Notes: generated by a model from the sequence alone, not told the origin. Counted from the first letter of the stretch, positions 20,761-31,208 are shown. The stretch: DNA of 64,000 bases from an uncultured Gemmatimonadales bacterium (GCA_963806875.1 CAWDYU010000002.1:145426-209425), one strand, 5' to 3'. Translations and numbers: made by a program.

Positions 20761-21500
20761 GCCGCCCCCTTCTCTTCGCCGCCAACTGGAAGATGCACGT
20801 GACGCCCGGCGAGGCGCGTACCTACATGGACCGCTTTCTCGCCGTCGACGCGCCTCGCCCTGATCGCAGCTTGACTTTCTTCCCGCCGGCCGTGTCGATC
20901 GACGCCGTTGCGCGTGCGCTGGCTGGCCACGATCACGCCACCGTCGGGGCCCAGGACGTGTACTGGGAGCCGAAAGGAGCCTTCACGGGTGCCACGTCGG
21001 TGTCCCTTGCTCGCGGCGCCGGCGCGGCCGCGGTGCTGGTCGGTCACAGCGAGCGGCGGCATGTCTTCGGTGATACCGACGCAGAAACCAGGCTGAAACT
21101 TGATGCCGTGGTTGCGGGCGGACTCCAGGTGATGTTGTGCGTCGGCGAGACGCTGGCCGATCGCGAGGCAGGACGTACCGATGCAACGACGGCGCGGCAG
21201 CTGACGAGCGCCCTGGAAGGGGTCGATCCCGCGATCGACCTGGTGATCGCCTATGAGCCCGTCTGGGCCATCGGTACGGGACGCAACGCCACCCCCGACG
21301 ACGCCGCCCGGGCACACCGTGGCATCCGGAATGTTCTCCAGGACGTGGGATTTCCGGCCGCGACCCGCGTGCTCTACGGCGGATCGGTCAACGCCGGCAA
21401 CGTCGCCGACCTGCTCGCGCAGCGAGAGCTGGATGGGGTGCTGGTCGGGGGCGCCTCGCTCGACCCCGATGGATGGGCTGCCATCTGTACTCAGGGCTGA
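20757..21500 (+). CDS. tpiA: Triosephosphate isomerase
   Basis: AANWKMH, VGHSERR, and IAYEPVWAIGTG motifs. Confidence 0.95.
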   Translation: MSRPLLFAANWKMHVTPGEARTYMDRFLAVDAPRPDRSLTFFPPAVSIDAVARALAGHDHATVGAQDVYWEPKGAFTGATSVSLARGAGAAAVLVGHSERRHVFGDTDAETRLKLDAVVAGGLQVMLCVGETLADREAGRTDATTARQLTSALEGVDPAIDLVIAYEPVWAIGTGRNATPDDAARAHRGIRNVLQDVGFPAATRVLYGGSVNAGNVADLLAQRELDGVLVGGASLDPDGWAAICTQG

Positions 21501-21540
21501 CCCGATTATCTTTGATGGCTAGACTCAACCTGGGAATACC

Positions 21541-21915
21541 ATGTTCACGTTCCTGCTCGTGCTGCTGCTCATCGATGGAATCATCCTCTCCGTGGTCGTG
21601 CTGCTCCAGGCCGGCCAGGGTGGTGGCCTCGCCTCGCTCGGCGGCGGCGGAACCGGTCAGGTGCTCGGCGGCCGTCAGGCGACCACCCTGCTGACCCGCC
21701 TCACGTGGTGGACCGGCGGCATCTTCATGGGCCTCGCGTTGATCCTGTCGACCATCTCCGGCCGCGGCACCAGCACGAGCGACGTGCAGCGTCGCCTGCA
21801 GCAGGGCGCTGCACCGGCAACGGCTCCGCTTCCCACCGCGCCGCTCCCCGGAACGGTGGTACCGACACCTGCGCCGACCCCGGTCGATCCGACGCCCGGT
21901 ACGCCTCAGCAGTGA
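21541..21915 (+). CDS. secG: Preprotein translocase subunit SecG with a Pro/Thr/Ala-rich C-terminal extension
   Basis: Two transmembrane helices flank LLQAGQGGGLASLGGGG. Follows tpiA, which is conserved synteny. The ~45-aa PTAP-rich tail is not part of canonical SecG. Confidence 0.85.
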   Translation: MFTFLLVLLLIDGIILSVVVLLQAGQGGGLASLGGGGTGQVLGGRQATTLLTRLTWWTGGIFMGLALILSTISGRGTSTSDVQRRLQQGAAPATAPLPTAPLPGTVVPTPAPTPVDPTPGTPQQ

Positions 21916-23049
21916 GCGGGGCGGCCGACGCTGGCGCTTCGCGTCCCGGCTTCGTTCTTCTCGAGGATGGCGAATGGTTCGCCGGTACGCTCGTCGGTGC
22001 CGGCGCGCCTGCGTTTGGTGAGGTCGTCTTCACCACGAACATGACCGGCTATCAGGAGACGTTCACCGACCCCAGCTACATGGGGCAGATCGTGGTGATG
22101 ACCGCTCCGATGATCGGCAACTACGGCGTGACCCCGGGCGACGACGAATCCGATCGACCCCAGGTTCGCGGCGTCGTCGTGCGGGAACTCTCCGGCCGAC
22201 ACTCCAATTGGCAGGCAACGCAATCGCTCGCCGACTGGCTCGGCGAGGCAGGGATCGCCGATCCTGACCGGGGTCGACACCCGCCGTCTCACCAGGCACA
22301 TTCGCGAGCGTGGCGCGATGCGAGGCGTGATTGCGGCCGGGGAAGGCCCGGACGATGCCCTCAAGGTCGATCTTGCGGCCTCACCGTCGATGGACGGGCT
22401 CGATCTCGCGACCGTCGCGACCACCCCGCAGAGCTACTCGCGCGGCGATGGGCCGCTCGTGGTTGCCTACGACTTCGGGATGAAGCGGAACATCGTTCGA
22501 ATGCTCGAGGCCACGGGCCTCCGCGTCGAGGTCGTGCCCGCCGAAACCACAGCCGCCGAAGTCCTCGCCATGAAACCGGACGGCGTGTTCCTGTCGAACG
22601 GCCCGGGCGATCCGGCGGCAGTCGCGTACGCCCCGGCGGCGATCCGCGAGATCAGCGAGAGCGGCGTGCCGACCTTCGGGATCTGCCTCGGGCATCAGCT
22701 GCTCGGCCTCGCCTTCGGGGCGGGGACGACGAAGCTCGCATACGGGCACCGCGGCGGGAACCACCCCGTCAAGGACCTGGAAAGCGGCAAGGTGATCATC
22801 ACCACCCAGAACCATGGCTTCGCGGTTCAGGGCGGCCCTGACGGCGTCCCTGGGGCCCCAGACCTCATGGTGACCCACCTGAACCTCAACGACGGCACGG
22901 TCGAGGGCCTCAGGCATCGGTCGCTTCCGGTCTTCGCCGTCCAGTACCACCCGGAGGCCGCTCCGGGACCCCACGACGCCTTCCCGCACTTCGGCCAGTT
23001 CCTCGACGCGATCCGCCTCAGGCGGGGTGAAAGGGACGCAACCTCTTGA
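21912..23049 (+). CDS. carA: Carbamoyl-phosphate synthase small (glutaminase) subunit. The frame is broken by an apparent extra G at 22260.
   Basis: [18 protein letters not shown], then ...GEAGIA (frame of 21912) continues as [18 protein letters not shown] in the frame of ORF 22318..23049. GATase triad region GICLGHQ and HGFAV...YHPE. Confidence 0.88.
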
Positions 23050-23077
23050 CAGACAACACTTAAGCGTCGTACATATC
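23046..23077 (+). promoter_or_regulatory. Candidate promoter for the HU-like/moa operon
   Basis: TTGACA at 23046-23051, then TACATATC at 23070-23077 (18 nt after the hexamer, 21 nt after its TTG), about 50 nt upstream of the ATG at 23128. Confidence 0.35.
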
Positions 23078-23127
23078 GGCCCGAATGGTGGGGTCAAGGA
23101 CGACCCCGGCCGCCTCCCGAGGGACCG

Positions 23128-23469
23128 ATGACCAAGGCCGATCTCGTCGAACAGGTGACTGCAGCAATCGCCCGCACTTCCGGGCCGATGATCTCGAAAA
23201 AGGATTGCGCGCGTGTCGTCGACGCGTTCCTTGACGCGGTCAAGCAGGCGCTGCGCGACCAGCACAACATCGAGGTTCGTGGTTTTGGCACGTTCAAGAT
23301 CCGGCGCCGCAAGACCCGCATGGCGCGCAATCCGCGCACCGGCGAGCCCGTCGAGGTAGCAGCACGCCCGGTCCCGGTGTTCAAGCCCAGCAAGGAGTTA
23401 CGGGCTCTCGTGGCCAATGAGGAATTCGACCCGGCCGATGACGACGACGATGATACGGACGACGAATGA
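23128..23469 (+). CDS. HU/IHF-family DNA-binding protein with a poly-acidic C-terminal tail
   Basis: MTKADLVEQV..., RGFGTFKIRRRKTRMARNPRTGEPVEV and PVFKPSKELR are the typical DNA-binding arm. Ends in DPADDDDDDTDDE. Confidence 0.88.
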   Translation: MTKADLVEQVTAAIARTSGPMISKKDCARVVDAFLDAVKQALRDQHNIEVRGFGTFKIRRRKTRMARNPRTGEPVEVAARPVPVFKPSKELRALVANEEFDPADDDDDDTDDE

Positions 23470-23711
23470 CCGCCTTCCGCATTGAGCTCTTCGCGCGGTA
23501 CGCGGAATTGCTTGGTGCGGAAGAAGTTGCGGTCGAACTGCAGCCGCCCGTCACCGTCCTGATGGTGACCAACGCCCTCCGCGCCTTGCCGGGGGGCGAC
23601 TTGCTTCCGCTCGCCCCGGTGCTCGCCCGCAACCTCCGGATAGCCGCGGCCACCGACCCGGTCTGCCCCGGCGACGTCCTTGCCCTCCTCCCGCCGCTTG
23701 CCGGCGGCTGA
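23466..23711 (+). CDS. moaD: Molybdopterin synthase sulfur-carrier subunit (MoaD/ThiS fold)
   Basis: 81 aa ending in GG. Lies directly upstream of moaE. ATGA overlap with the HU-like gene. Confidence 0.8.
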   Translation: MTAFRIELFARYAELLGAEEVAVELQPPVTVLMVTNALRALPGGDLLPLAPVLARNLRIAAATDPVCPGDVLALLPPLAGG

Positions 23712-23714
23712 GCG

Positions 23715-24155
23715 ATGACCTCGCTCACCGCCGACCCGATCGACGTGTCGGGCCTCGGCGCACTGGTCCTGCGGCCGGCGCATGGCGCGGTGACCAGTTT
23801 CGTGGGCCACGTGCGCGATCATCACGGCGGCCGGGCGGTGGCGCGCCTGACCTACTCCGCCTACGCGGCGATGGCCGAGGCAGAATGTGCGGCGATCACG
23901 ACCGAGGCAATGCGCCGATGGGACGTCGTCGTGGTGATTCGTCATCGGCTCGGTGATCTCGTGGTCGGCGACGTCGCGGTCGCCGTCGCCGTCGGCAGCG
24001 CACACCGCGCCGAGGGATTCGACGCATGCCGGTTCGTGATCGAGGAGGTCAAGCGCCGCGTCCCCATCTGGAAGCACGAGCACTATGCCGACGGGAGCGC
24101 CGAGTGGGTCGATCCGACTGCGCCCCCGGCGCGTATGGTGTCGGAGGGACCATGA
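23715..24155 (+). CDS. moaE: Molybdopterin synthase catalytic subunit
   Basis: GAVTSFVGHVRDHHGGR and AVAVGSAHRAEGFDACRFVIEEVKRRVPIWKHE are typical MoaE. Confidence 0.88.
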   Translation: MTSLTADPIDVSGLGALVLRPAHGAVTSFVGHVRDHHGGRAVARLTYSAYAAMAEAECAAITTEAMRRWDVVVVIRHRLGDLVVGDVAVAVAVGSAHRAEGFDACRFVIEEVKRRVPIWKHEHYADGSAEWVDPTAPPARMVSEGP

Positions 24156-25180
24156 TCGTCGACACGCTGCAGCGCCCGCTGCAGTCGCTCCGGATTTCGG
24201 TGACCGATCGCTGCAACCTGCGATGCAACTACTGCATGCCGGAAGAGCATTACACGTGGTTACCCCGCGAGTCGCTCCTTTCATTCGAGGAGATCGTTCG
24301 CGCCGCAACCGCGTTCGCGCAGGTCGGGGTCCGGAAGCTGCGCCTCACCGGCGGGGAACCGTTGCTGCGGCGCGACCTGCCGGAACTGGTGACGATGCTT
24401 CGCGGGATCAACGGGATCGAGGAGATTGCGCTCACCACCAACGGCGTCCTGCTCGCACCAGTCGCGCGGGCGCTGCGTGACGCCGGCCTCGATCGGGTCA
24501 CTGTGAGCATCGACACGCTGCGTCCCGAGCGGATGGCAGCATTCGCGAGAAGCACCCGACACGCCGACGTGGTGGCGGGGATCGATGCCGTGCGTGACGC
24601 GGGCTTCACGGGGACCAAGTTGAACGCCGTGGTCGTGCGAGGTTACAACGACGATGAACTGGTCGATCTCGTGCGGTTCGCGGCCGGGCGCGGTGCCGAG
24701 ATGCGATTCATCGAGTACATGGACGTGGGCGGCGCGACCCGCTGGCGCGACGACCGGGTGGTCGGGAGGGATGCGATCATCGACACGCTGGCGGAGGCCT
24801 TCGGGCGATCCGCGCCGGGCCAGCGGCCGGACGATCCGCATGCACCGGCCGAGTCGTTCGTCGTGCCGGGAATCGGCAGCGTTGGTGTCATCGCGTCGAC
24901 CACGACGCCGTTCTGCCGGGCTTGCGACCGTGCCCGTCTCACTGCCGATGGCACGCTGTTCACCTGCCTGTACGCGACGGACGGACACGATCTCCGCGCA
25001 CTGCTGCGGAACCCCGCACTCGACGGGTCGGCCCTGGAGGATGCGATTGCGGGCATCTGGCTGATGCGCACCGACCGCGGCGCCGAGGAACGCCTGGGCG
25101 AGACGGATCGACAGCCATTGGTTGCGCTGGGCGATCTACGCGCCGACCCACGCCGGGAGATGCACGTCCGGGGCGGCTGA
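24152..25180 (+). CDS. moaA: GTP 3',8-cyclase (radical SAM, MoaA)
   Basis: LRISVTDRCNLRCNYCMP (C-x3-C-x2-C), LTGGEPLLR, and C-terminal cluster FCRACDRARLTADG. Confidence 0.94.
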   Translation: MIVDTLQRPLQSLRISVTDRCNLRCNYCMPEEHYTWLPRESLLSFEEIVRAATAFAQVGVRKLRLTGGEPLLRRDLPELVTMLRGINGIEEIALTTNGVLLAPVARALRDAGLDRVTVSIDTLRPERMAAFARSTRHADVVAGIDAVRDAGFTGTKLNAVVVRGYNDDELVDLVRFAAGRGAEMRFIEYMDVGGATRWRDDRVVGRDAIIDTLAEAFGRSAPGQRPDDPHAPAESFVVPGIGSVGVIASTTTPFCRACDRARLTADGTLFTCLYATDGHDLRALLRNPALDGSALEDAIAGIWLMRTDRGAEERLGETDRQPLVALGDLRADPRREMHVRGG

Positions 25181-25241
25181 CGAAACATCCCTGGCAGCGA
25201 GGGCGTACATCGCCTGTCCCCTCTCTTGCACAGGATGCATC

Positions 25242-26967
25242 ATGAAGCTCCAGCTTTTCCTCGGCGGCCTGCTGGCCGTCGCCAGCGCCACCCCGGCCCT
25301 CTCGCAGGGTCCACTCCCGATCAAGTATTCCGGCCCACCCACGGTTGCGGCGATCACCGCCGGCGACCTGATGACCCGGCTCTACGTCTTTGCCGACGAC
25401 TCGATGATGGGCCGGCAGGTGGGCACCGTGTACAACCTCATGGGTACCGCCTACATCGAGCGGGAGGTCCGCCGGATGGGCCTGCTGCCAGCCGGCGACG
25501 ACGGCTTCTACCAGGACATCGGCCTCGCGGCCCGCGCCTTCGACACCACGGCGGCGACGCTCACTGTCGATGGCGTCAGTTTCCGGCCGGGCGTCGATTT
25601 CCTCTCCGCCAGCGGCGGCAAGGCGATGCCGATCAACGGCGCGACGGTCGTGATGTGGGGGAGCGTGCTCGACACCATCGGCAACCCGACTCCCGAGCAG
25701 TACCGCGGAAAGTTCGTGGTGGTCCGCACGCCGGTGATCCCACCGGGCTTCAACCAGGCGGCGTTCACCAAGTCGGCGGGGTATGCGCGCTTCCTGGCGA
25801 TGCAGCAATCGACCGATGTCGCGGGACGCGTTTCGGTCGCCAACGGTGACTTCACGCCCGCGATCGTTGCGCGCGCCGTGTCCGGTTCGCGTGTTGGCAT
25901 GGTGTCCCCCGATGCGGCGCCCATCGACCTCACCGTCACGGCCAAGGTGGCGGATGCGATGCTCGGTACGTCGCTCGCCACGGCCGCCCCGGGCGCGATC
26001 GGGAAGACCGTGAGTACGTCGGCCACGTTCATCGACACGCCCCGTGGCGGTCGCAACGTGATCGCGCGGCTCGAGGGCAGTGACCCGAAGCTGCGCGGCG
26101 AGTACGTCGTGATTGGCGCCCACAACGATCACGTCGGCTTCAACAACCGTCCCGCCGATCACGATTCGCTCAAGCTCTACAACATGGCATTCCGGCCGCA
26201 GGGCGCCGACACGCGCAACACGCTGGAACTGATCAAGGATGCGTCGAAGTGGGCGGCCCTCAACACCGAGCTGGCCGGCATCAGGGCTTCGCGGGCGGGG
26301 CGCGCCGACTCGATCTTCAACGGTGCCGACGACGACGGATCCGGCAGCGTGGCGCTGCTCGAGATCGCCGAAGCGTATGCACTCGGCAAGGTCAAGCCAA
26401 AGCGGTCGATGATCTTCATCTGGCACACCGGTGAGGAATCAGGGCATGTACGGCTCGGGGTTCTTCGCCCGGCATCCGACCGTTGCCCGGGATTCGATCG
26501 TGGCGGCGCTCAACATCGACATGATCGGTCGTGGCGGGCCCGGTGACATCACCGGACAGGAGGCATCCGGGGCGCTGGTGCGCGGGGATGAGAAGTATGT
26601 GCAACTCATCGGCTCCCGCCGCCTGTCCCGCGAACTCGGCGACCTGATCGAGACCGCGAACAAGGATGACGATTTCGAGTTCCGGCTGGATTATGCGCTG
26701 GATGCCAATGGCCATCCGCAGAACATCTACTGCCGGAGCGATCACGCGAGCTACGCGGCGTACGGGATCCCGGTTGCGTTCTTCACCACCGGCGGGCACG
26801 CCGACTATCACCAGGTGACCGACGAACCGCAGTACATCCGCTACGATCACACGGCGAACCTCACGCGCCTGATCTTCGACGTGTCGTTGCGCGTCGCCAA
26901 CCTCGGCCACCGCGTGAAGGTCGACAGTCCGGGGCCGTTCGACCCGCGGGCGACCTGCCAGCAGTAG
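25242..26967 (+). CDS. Secreted M28-family aminopeptidase. The frame is broken by an apparent extra T at 26439.
   Basis: Signal peptide MKLQLFLGGLLAVASATPALSQ. GAHNDHVG and NGADDDGSGSVALLE. ...WHTGEE (frame of 25242) continues as QGMYGSGFF in the frame of ORF 26431..26967. CRSDHASY. Confidence 0.82.
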
Positions 26968-26999
26968 GCCAGACGCACGCCGGCGGCTGACGCCACTGC

Positions 27000-27041
27000 G
27001 CCCTCTTCCGCCCGGATAGTTGCCCCGGCGCGGGGGAGGGC
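27000..27041 (+). terminator. Probable terminator hairpin after the M28 peptidase gene
   Basis: gccctcttccgc pairs with gcgggggagggc (12 bp including 2 G-U pairs) around an 18-nt loop, followed by gtatgtctt. There is no clean U-tract. Confidence 0.35.
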
Positions 27042-27080
27042 GTATGTCTTCGCGACCCCGCCCTCACCACGACGGATGCC

Positions 27081-27566
27081 ATGGCCCTCCACGTTGCCCT
27101 GCTCGAGGCACTCCCCGCACCAGTGACCGCCGCTGTTGCCCGGCACTGCGCCGCGGCCGACGCGCCGTTGCACCTCATCGGACCAGTCGGCTCTCCCGAC
27201 GGCGTCCGGATGGATGCCCACGGACCCGACGCCGGCGGTACTGCGGATGTCTGGGTGCACGCGGGCTGGCGCGATTTCCGTGAAGCGATGAGCCGGGAGC
27301 GTTGCCTCTACTTCGGCACCGAGGGCGAGCGCGATGCGCGGGACGCGCCGTACCGCCCGAACTCCGTGCTCGTGTTCGGCGACGAGGCGGGGAGCATGCC
27401 AGAACGCATCCGGGAGAAGTATCCCGACCGTCTCTTCCGGCTTCCGGTGCAGGGCCGTCGGAAAACCGTGGCGCTGGCGGACGCTGTCGGGGCGATCCTG
27501 GAGATCGCCGCACCCCGGATCAGTGATGCGCCGGCGCGTCCGCCGCGGAAGCGCCGCCACCGCTGA
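27081..27566 (+). CDS. SPOUT-fold TrmL-like (SpoU family) methyltransferase homologue with degenerate motifs
   Basis: Co-linear with E. coli TrmL as recalled: MALHVALLEALPAPV..ARHCAA..LHLIGPVG versus [35 protein letters not shown], plus VLVFGDEAGSMP and FRLPV...TVALADAVGAILEI. Basic C-terminal tail. Confidence 0.55.
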   Translation: MALHVALLEALPAPVTAAVARHCAAADAPLHLIGPVGSPDGVRMDAHGPDAGGTADVWVHAGWRDFREAMSRERCLYFGTEGERDARDAPYRPNSVLVFGDEAGSMPERIREKYPDRLFRLPVQGRRKTVALADAVGAILEIAAPRISDAPARPPRKRRHR

Positions 27567-27573
27567 GGAAAAC

Positions 27574-27604
27574 TTGGGCCAACCCACTGCCCGGTATAAC
27601 TTTG
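27574..27604 (+). promoter_or_regulatory. Candidate promoter for the mdh-sdhCAB operon (TTG-N20-TAACTTTG)
   Basis: TTG at 27574-27576, a 20-nt spacer, then an exact TAnnTTTG octamer at 27597-27604, 68 nt upstream of the mdh ATG. Confidence 0.45.
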
Positions 27605-27671
27605 CAGCCATGGAATGCACGGCGACGCGCCGCGCTCACGGCGTTCACCCTCCTCGCGGGCCACATCACGC

Positions 27672-28595
27672 ATGTTCGAGAAGATCACGGTAGTTGGCGC
27701 GGGCAATGTCGGCGCCACGGCTGCACAGCGGATCGCCGAGAAGCACCTCGCCCGCACCGTCGTCATGGTCGATGTCGCCGAAGGCGTGCCGCAGGGCAAG
27801 GCCCTCGATCAGTGGCAGTCCGGTCCGGTGGAAGGCTTCGACGCGCGCGTGGTCGGCGCCAACGACTACTCGCTCTCCAAGGGATCCGAGCTGTTCGTGG
27901 TCACCGCCGGCATTGCCCGCAAGCCGGGGATGAGCCGCGACGACCTGGTGCGTACCAACGCCGGGATCGTCAAGTCGGTCGGCGCCGAGATCAAGCGGGC
28001 GGCCCCGGACGCAATCGTCATCGTGGTGTCGAACCCGCTCGACGCAATGTGCTACGTGATGCGTGAAGCCACCGGTTTCCCCCGGGAGCGCGTGATCGGC
28101 ATGGCCGGGGTACTCGACACCGCCCGGTACCGGATGTTCCTGTCGGAGGCGATGGGCGTGTCGGTGGAGGACATCCAGGCGATGGTGCTCGGCGGACACG
28201 GCGACACGATGGTGCCGCTGATTTCCTACACCACCGTATCCGGCATTCCGGTGACCCAGCTCCTCGACCAGGCGACACTCGACGGCATCGTGACCCGCGC
28301 GCGAAACGGTGGCGCCGAGATCGTGGCGCACCTCAAGACCGGCTCGGCGTACTACGCACCGAGCGCCGCCGCCGTGCAGATGGTCGAGGCGATCGTGCTC
28401 GACAAGAAGCGGATCCTCCCGTGCTCGGCGTGGCTGCAGGGCGAGTTTGACCTCAGCGACGTGTACTGCGGTGTCCCGTGCCTGCTCGGTCGCACTGGAC
28501 TCGAGCGGATCATCCCGATCACGCTGACGGACGAGGAGAAGGCCGCGTTGCACGCCTCGGCCGAGGCAGTGCGATCGATCCAGGCGATCGTCTGA
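27672..28595 (+). CDS. mdh: Malate dehydrogenase (LDH-like family)
   Basis: [30 protein letters not shown], and [11 protein letters not shown]. Confidence 0.94.
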   Translation: MFEKITVVGAGNVGATAAQRIAEKHLARTVVMVDVAEGVPQGKALDQWQSGPVEGFDARVVGANDYSLSKGSELFVVTAGIARKPGMSRDDLVRTNAGIVKSVGAEIKRAAPDAIVIVVSNPLDAMCYVMREATGFPRERVIGMAGVLDTARYRMFLSEAMGVSVEDIQAMVLGGHGDTMVPLISYTTVSGIPVTQLLDQATLDGIVTRARNGGAEIVAHLKTGSAYYAPSAAAVQMVEAIVLDKKRILPCSAWLQGEFDLSDVYCGVPCLLGRTGLERIIPITLTDEEKAALHASAEAVRSIQAIV

Positions 28596-28602
28596 GCCGG
28601 CG

Positions 28603-29259
28603 ATGAACGCGATCCTCGGGTTGTGGCATTCGACGATCGGGAAGAAGATCGCGATGGCCTTCACGGGCCTGCTGATGGTGGGCTTCCTGATTTCGCACAT
28701 GATCTCGAACGTGATGGTATTCGTCGATGCCCAGGCGCTGGACGCCTACGCGGCGTGGCTTCATGGCTTCGGGCCATTGCTCTGGATCCCCCGCCTGATC
28801 CTCCTCGCGGCCATCGGCATCCACGTCACCGCCGCGTGGCAGCTCACGATGGCCGCTCGCGCCGGACGGGGCGGCGCGTATCGGGACCACGACCGGCCGG
28901 CGAGCACCTATGCCTCCCGCACGATGCGATGGGGCGGGGTGCTCGTGCTGGTGTTCCTCGTCTTTCACATCCTGCATTACACCATCGGCATCGTCCATCC
29001 CGATTTCCGTGCGGGCGAAGTCGGTCGCAACCTGGTGCGCGGGATGCAGTCGACACCGGTCGCGCTCTTCTACCTCGTGTCGATGATCGCCCTCGGCGCG
29101 CATTTCCTGCACGGTGTCTGGTCGGTGTTCCAGACGCTCGGCATCAACCATCCAACCTGGAATCGCTGGCGTCGGGGCATCGCCATCGGACTCACCGTGC
29201 TCGTGGCGGGTGGGTTCGCGACGATCCCGACGGCCGCGCTTCTCGGGTGGCTTCAGTGA
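28603..29259 (+). CDS. sdhC: Succinate dehydrogenase / fumarate reductase cytochrome b subunit (b558 family)
   Basis: Five predicted transmembrane helices with conserved His residues ([29 protein letters not shown]). Directly upstream of sdhA. Confidence 0.85.
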   Translation: MNAILGLWHSTIGKKIAMAFTGLLMVGFLISHMISNVMVFVDAQALDAYAAWLHGFGPLLWIPRLILLAAIGIHVTAAWQLTMAARAGRGGAYRDHDRPASTYASRTMRWGGVLVLVFLVFHILHYTIGIVHPDFRAGEVGRNLVRGMQSTPVALFYLVSMIALGAHFLHGVWSVFQTLGINHPTWNRWRRGIAIGLTVLVAGGFATIPTAALLGWLQ

Positions 29260-29294
29260 GCGGCGCGGGCGATGACGCGCCGCGCGGACCGGCC

Positions 29295-31208
29295 ATGAAT
29301 CTCGACGACAAGATCCCCGACGGTCCGATCGACGAGAAATGGGCTCGTCACCGGTCTGCGCTGCGCCTCGTGTCGCCCGCCAACAAGCGCAAGTACCACG
29401 TGATCGTGGTCGGCTCCGGACTCGCCGGCGCATCGGCGGCCGCGTCGCTGGCAGAGCTGGGCTACAACGTCTCGTGCTTCTGCTTCCAGGATTCGCCGCG
29501 CCGCGCGCACTCGATCGCCGCGCAGGGCGGCATCAACGCCGCCAAGAACTACCAGAACGACGGCGACTCGGTCGAGCGGCTCTTCAAGGACACCATCAAG
29601 GGCGGCGACTTCCGGTCGCGCGAGGGCAACGTCTACCGCCTGTCGCAGGTATCGGCCGACATCATCGATCAGTGCGTGGCGCAAGGTGTACCGTTCGCGA
29701 GGGAGTACGGCGGAACGCTCGCCAATCGCTCCTTCGGAGGCGCGCAGGTGTCGCGCACGTTCTACGCGCGCGGGCAGACCGGCCAGCAGCTGCTGATCGG
29801 CGCCTATCAGGCACTCGAACGGCAGATCGCGCGGGGCGCGGTCACCATGTACACCCGGCACGAGATGCTCGACCTGGTGGTGGTCGACGGGCGTGCCCGC
29901 GGGATCGTCGTGCGCGACATGGTGAGCGGTGCGATCGAGTCCCACGCCGGTCACGACGTGGTGCTCGCCACGGGCGGGTACGGCAACGTGTTCTACCTTT
30001 CCACCAACGCCAAGGGTTGCAACGTCACGGCGGCGTTCCGGGCGTGGAAGCGAGGGGCCGGTTTCGCCAATCCGTGCTTCACGCAGATCCACCCGACCTG
30101 CATCCCGGTGAGCGGCGAGTACCAGTCGAAGCTCACGCTGATGTCGGAGTCGCTGCGGAACGACGGCCGCGTATGGGTCCCGGTCAGGCAGGGCGACGAC
30201 CGCCGTCCCCGCGACATTCCCCACGCCGAACGCGATTACTACCTCGAGCGCAAGTATCCGAGCTTCGGCAACCTTGCCCCCCGTGACATCGCCTCCCGTG
30301 CCGCCAAGGAGGCCTGCGACGAGGGACGGGGCGTGGGCCGTGGCGGACTGGGTGTCTACCTCGATTTCTCGACCGCCATTGAGCGCCTCGGCGAGGACGT
30401 GATTCGCGAGCGCTACGGCAACCTGTTCGACATGTACGAGCGGATCACCGGTGAGAATCCGTACCAGACGCCGATGCGGATCTACCCGGCGGTGCACTAC
30501 ACCATGGGCGGCACGTGGGTCGACTACAACCTGATGAGCACGCTGCCGGGGCTGCACGTCATCGGCGAGGCCAACTTCTCCGATCACGGGGCCAATCGAC
30601 TCGGGGCGTCGGCCCTGATGCAGGGGCTTGCGGACGGCTACTTCGTGCTGCCGTACACCATCGGTGATTACATCGCCGGGACCACCTTTGCCGAGGTGGA
30701 CACCTCGCACCCGGCGTTCGCCGAGGCGGAGCAGCAGGTGCGCGCACGCACGGAGCGCCTGCTTTCGATCAACGGCACCCGGTCGGTGGATTCCTTTCAC
30801 AAGGAACTCGGCAAGCTGATGTGGGACCATTGCGGCATGGCCCGCTCGAGGGAGGGGCTGGAGTTCGCCTTGCGCCGCATTCCCGAGCTCCGCGCCGAGT
30901 TCTGGGCCGACGTGCGGGTACTGGGTGGGGCCGACAGCCTCAACCAGTCGCTCGAGAAGGCGGGACGCGTGGCCGACTTCATGGAGTTCGCCGAGCTGAT
31001 GTGCCGCGACGCTCTCGAGCGCGAGGAGTCGTGCGGTGGGCATTTCCGGGTCGAGTACCAGACGCCGGATGGCGAGGCGCTGCGCAATGACAGCCAGTTT
31101 GCACACGTCGCGGTGTGGGAGTATCGCGGTGAGGGAGTGCCCGCGCGGCGCAATGTCGAGCAGCTCGAGTTCGAGTTCGTGCAGCTAGCGACGAGGAGCT
31201 ACAAATGA
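29295..31208 (+). CDS. sdhA: Succinate dehydrogenase / fumarate reductase flavoprotein subunit
   Basis: [12 protein letters not shown], covalent-FAD His region [20 protein letters not shown], and [18 protein letters not shown]. The N-terminal part of ORF 28623..31208 overlaps sdhC out of frame and was discarded. Confidence 0.94.
   Translation: MNLDDKIPDGPIDEKWARHRSALRLVSPANKRKYHVIVVGSGLAGASAAASLAELGYNVSCFCFQDSPRRAHSIAAQGGINAAKNYQNDGDSVERLFKDTIKGGDFRSREGNVYRLSQVSADIIDQCVAQGVPFAREYGGTLANRSFGGAQVSRTFYARGQTGQQLLIGAYQALERQIARGAVTMYTRHEMLDLVVVDGRARGIVVRDMVSGAIESHAGHDVVLATGGYGNVFYLSTNAKGCNVTAAFRAWKRGAGFANPCFTQIHPTCIPVSGEYQSKLTLMSESLRNDGRVWVPVRQGDDRRPRDIPHAERDYYLERKYPSFGNLAPRDIASRAAKEACDEGRGVGRGGLGVYLDFSTAIERLGEDVIRERYGNLFDMYERITGENPYQTPMRIYPAVHYTMGGTWVDYNLMSTLPGLHVIGEANFSDHGANRLGASALMQGLADGYFVLPYTIGDYIAGTTFAEVDTSHPAFAEAEQQVRARTERLLSINGTRSVDSFHKELGKLMWDHCGMARSREGLEFALRRIPELRAEFWADVRVLGGADSLNQSLEKAGRVADFMEFAELMCRDALEREESCGGHFRVEYQTPDGEALRNDSQFAHVAVWEYRGEGVPARRNVEQLEFEFVQLATRSYK

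Noticed and set aside
28623-29294. The 5' part of ORF 28623..31208, which would make an 861-aa SdhA.
   Set aside because: This part overlaps sdhC in another frame and translates to Arg/Pro-rich sequence. SdhA homology starts at [10 protein letters not shown] (ATG 29295).
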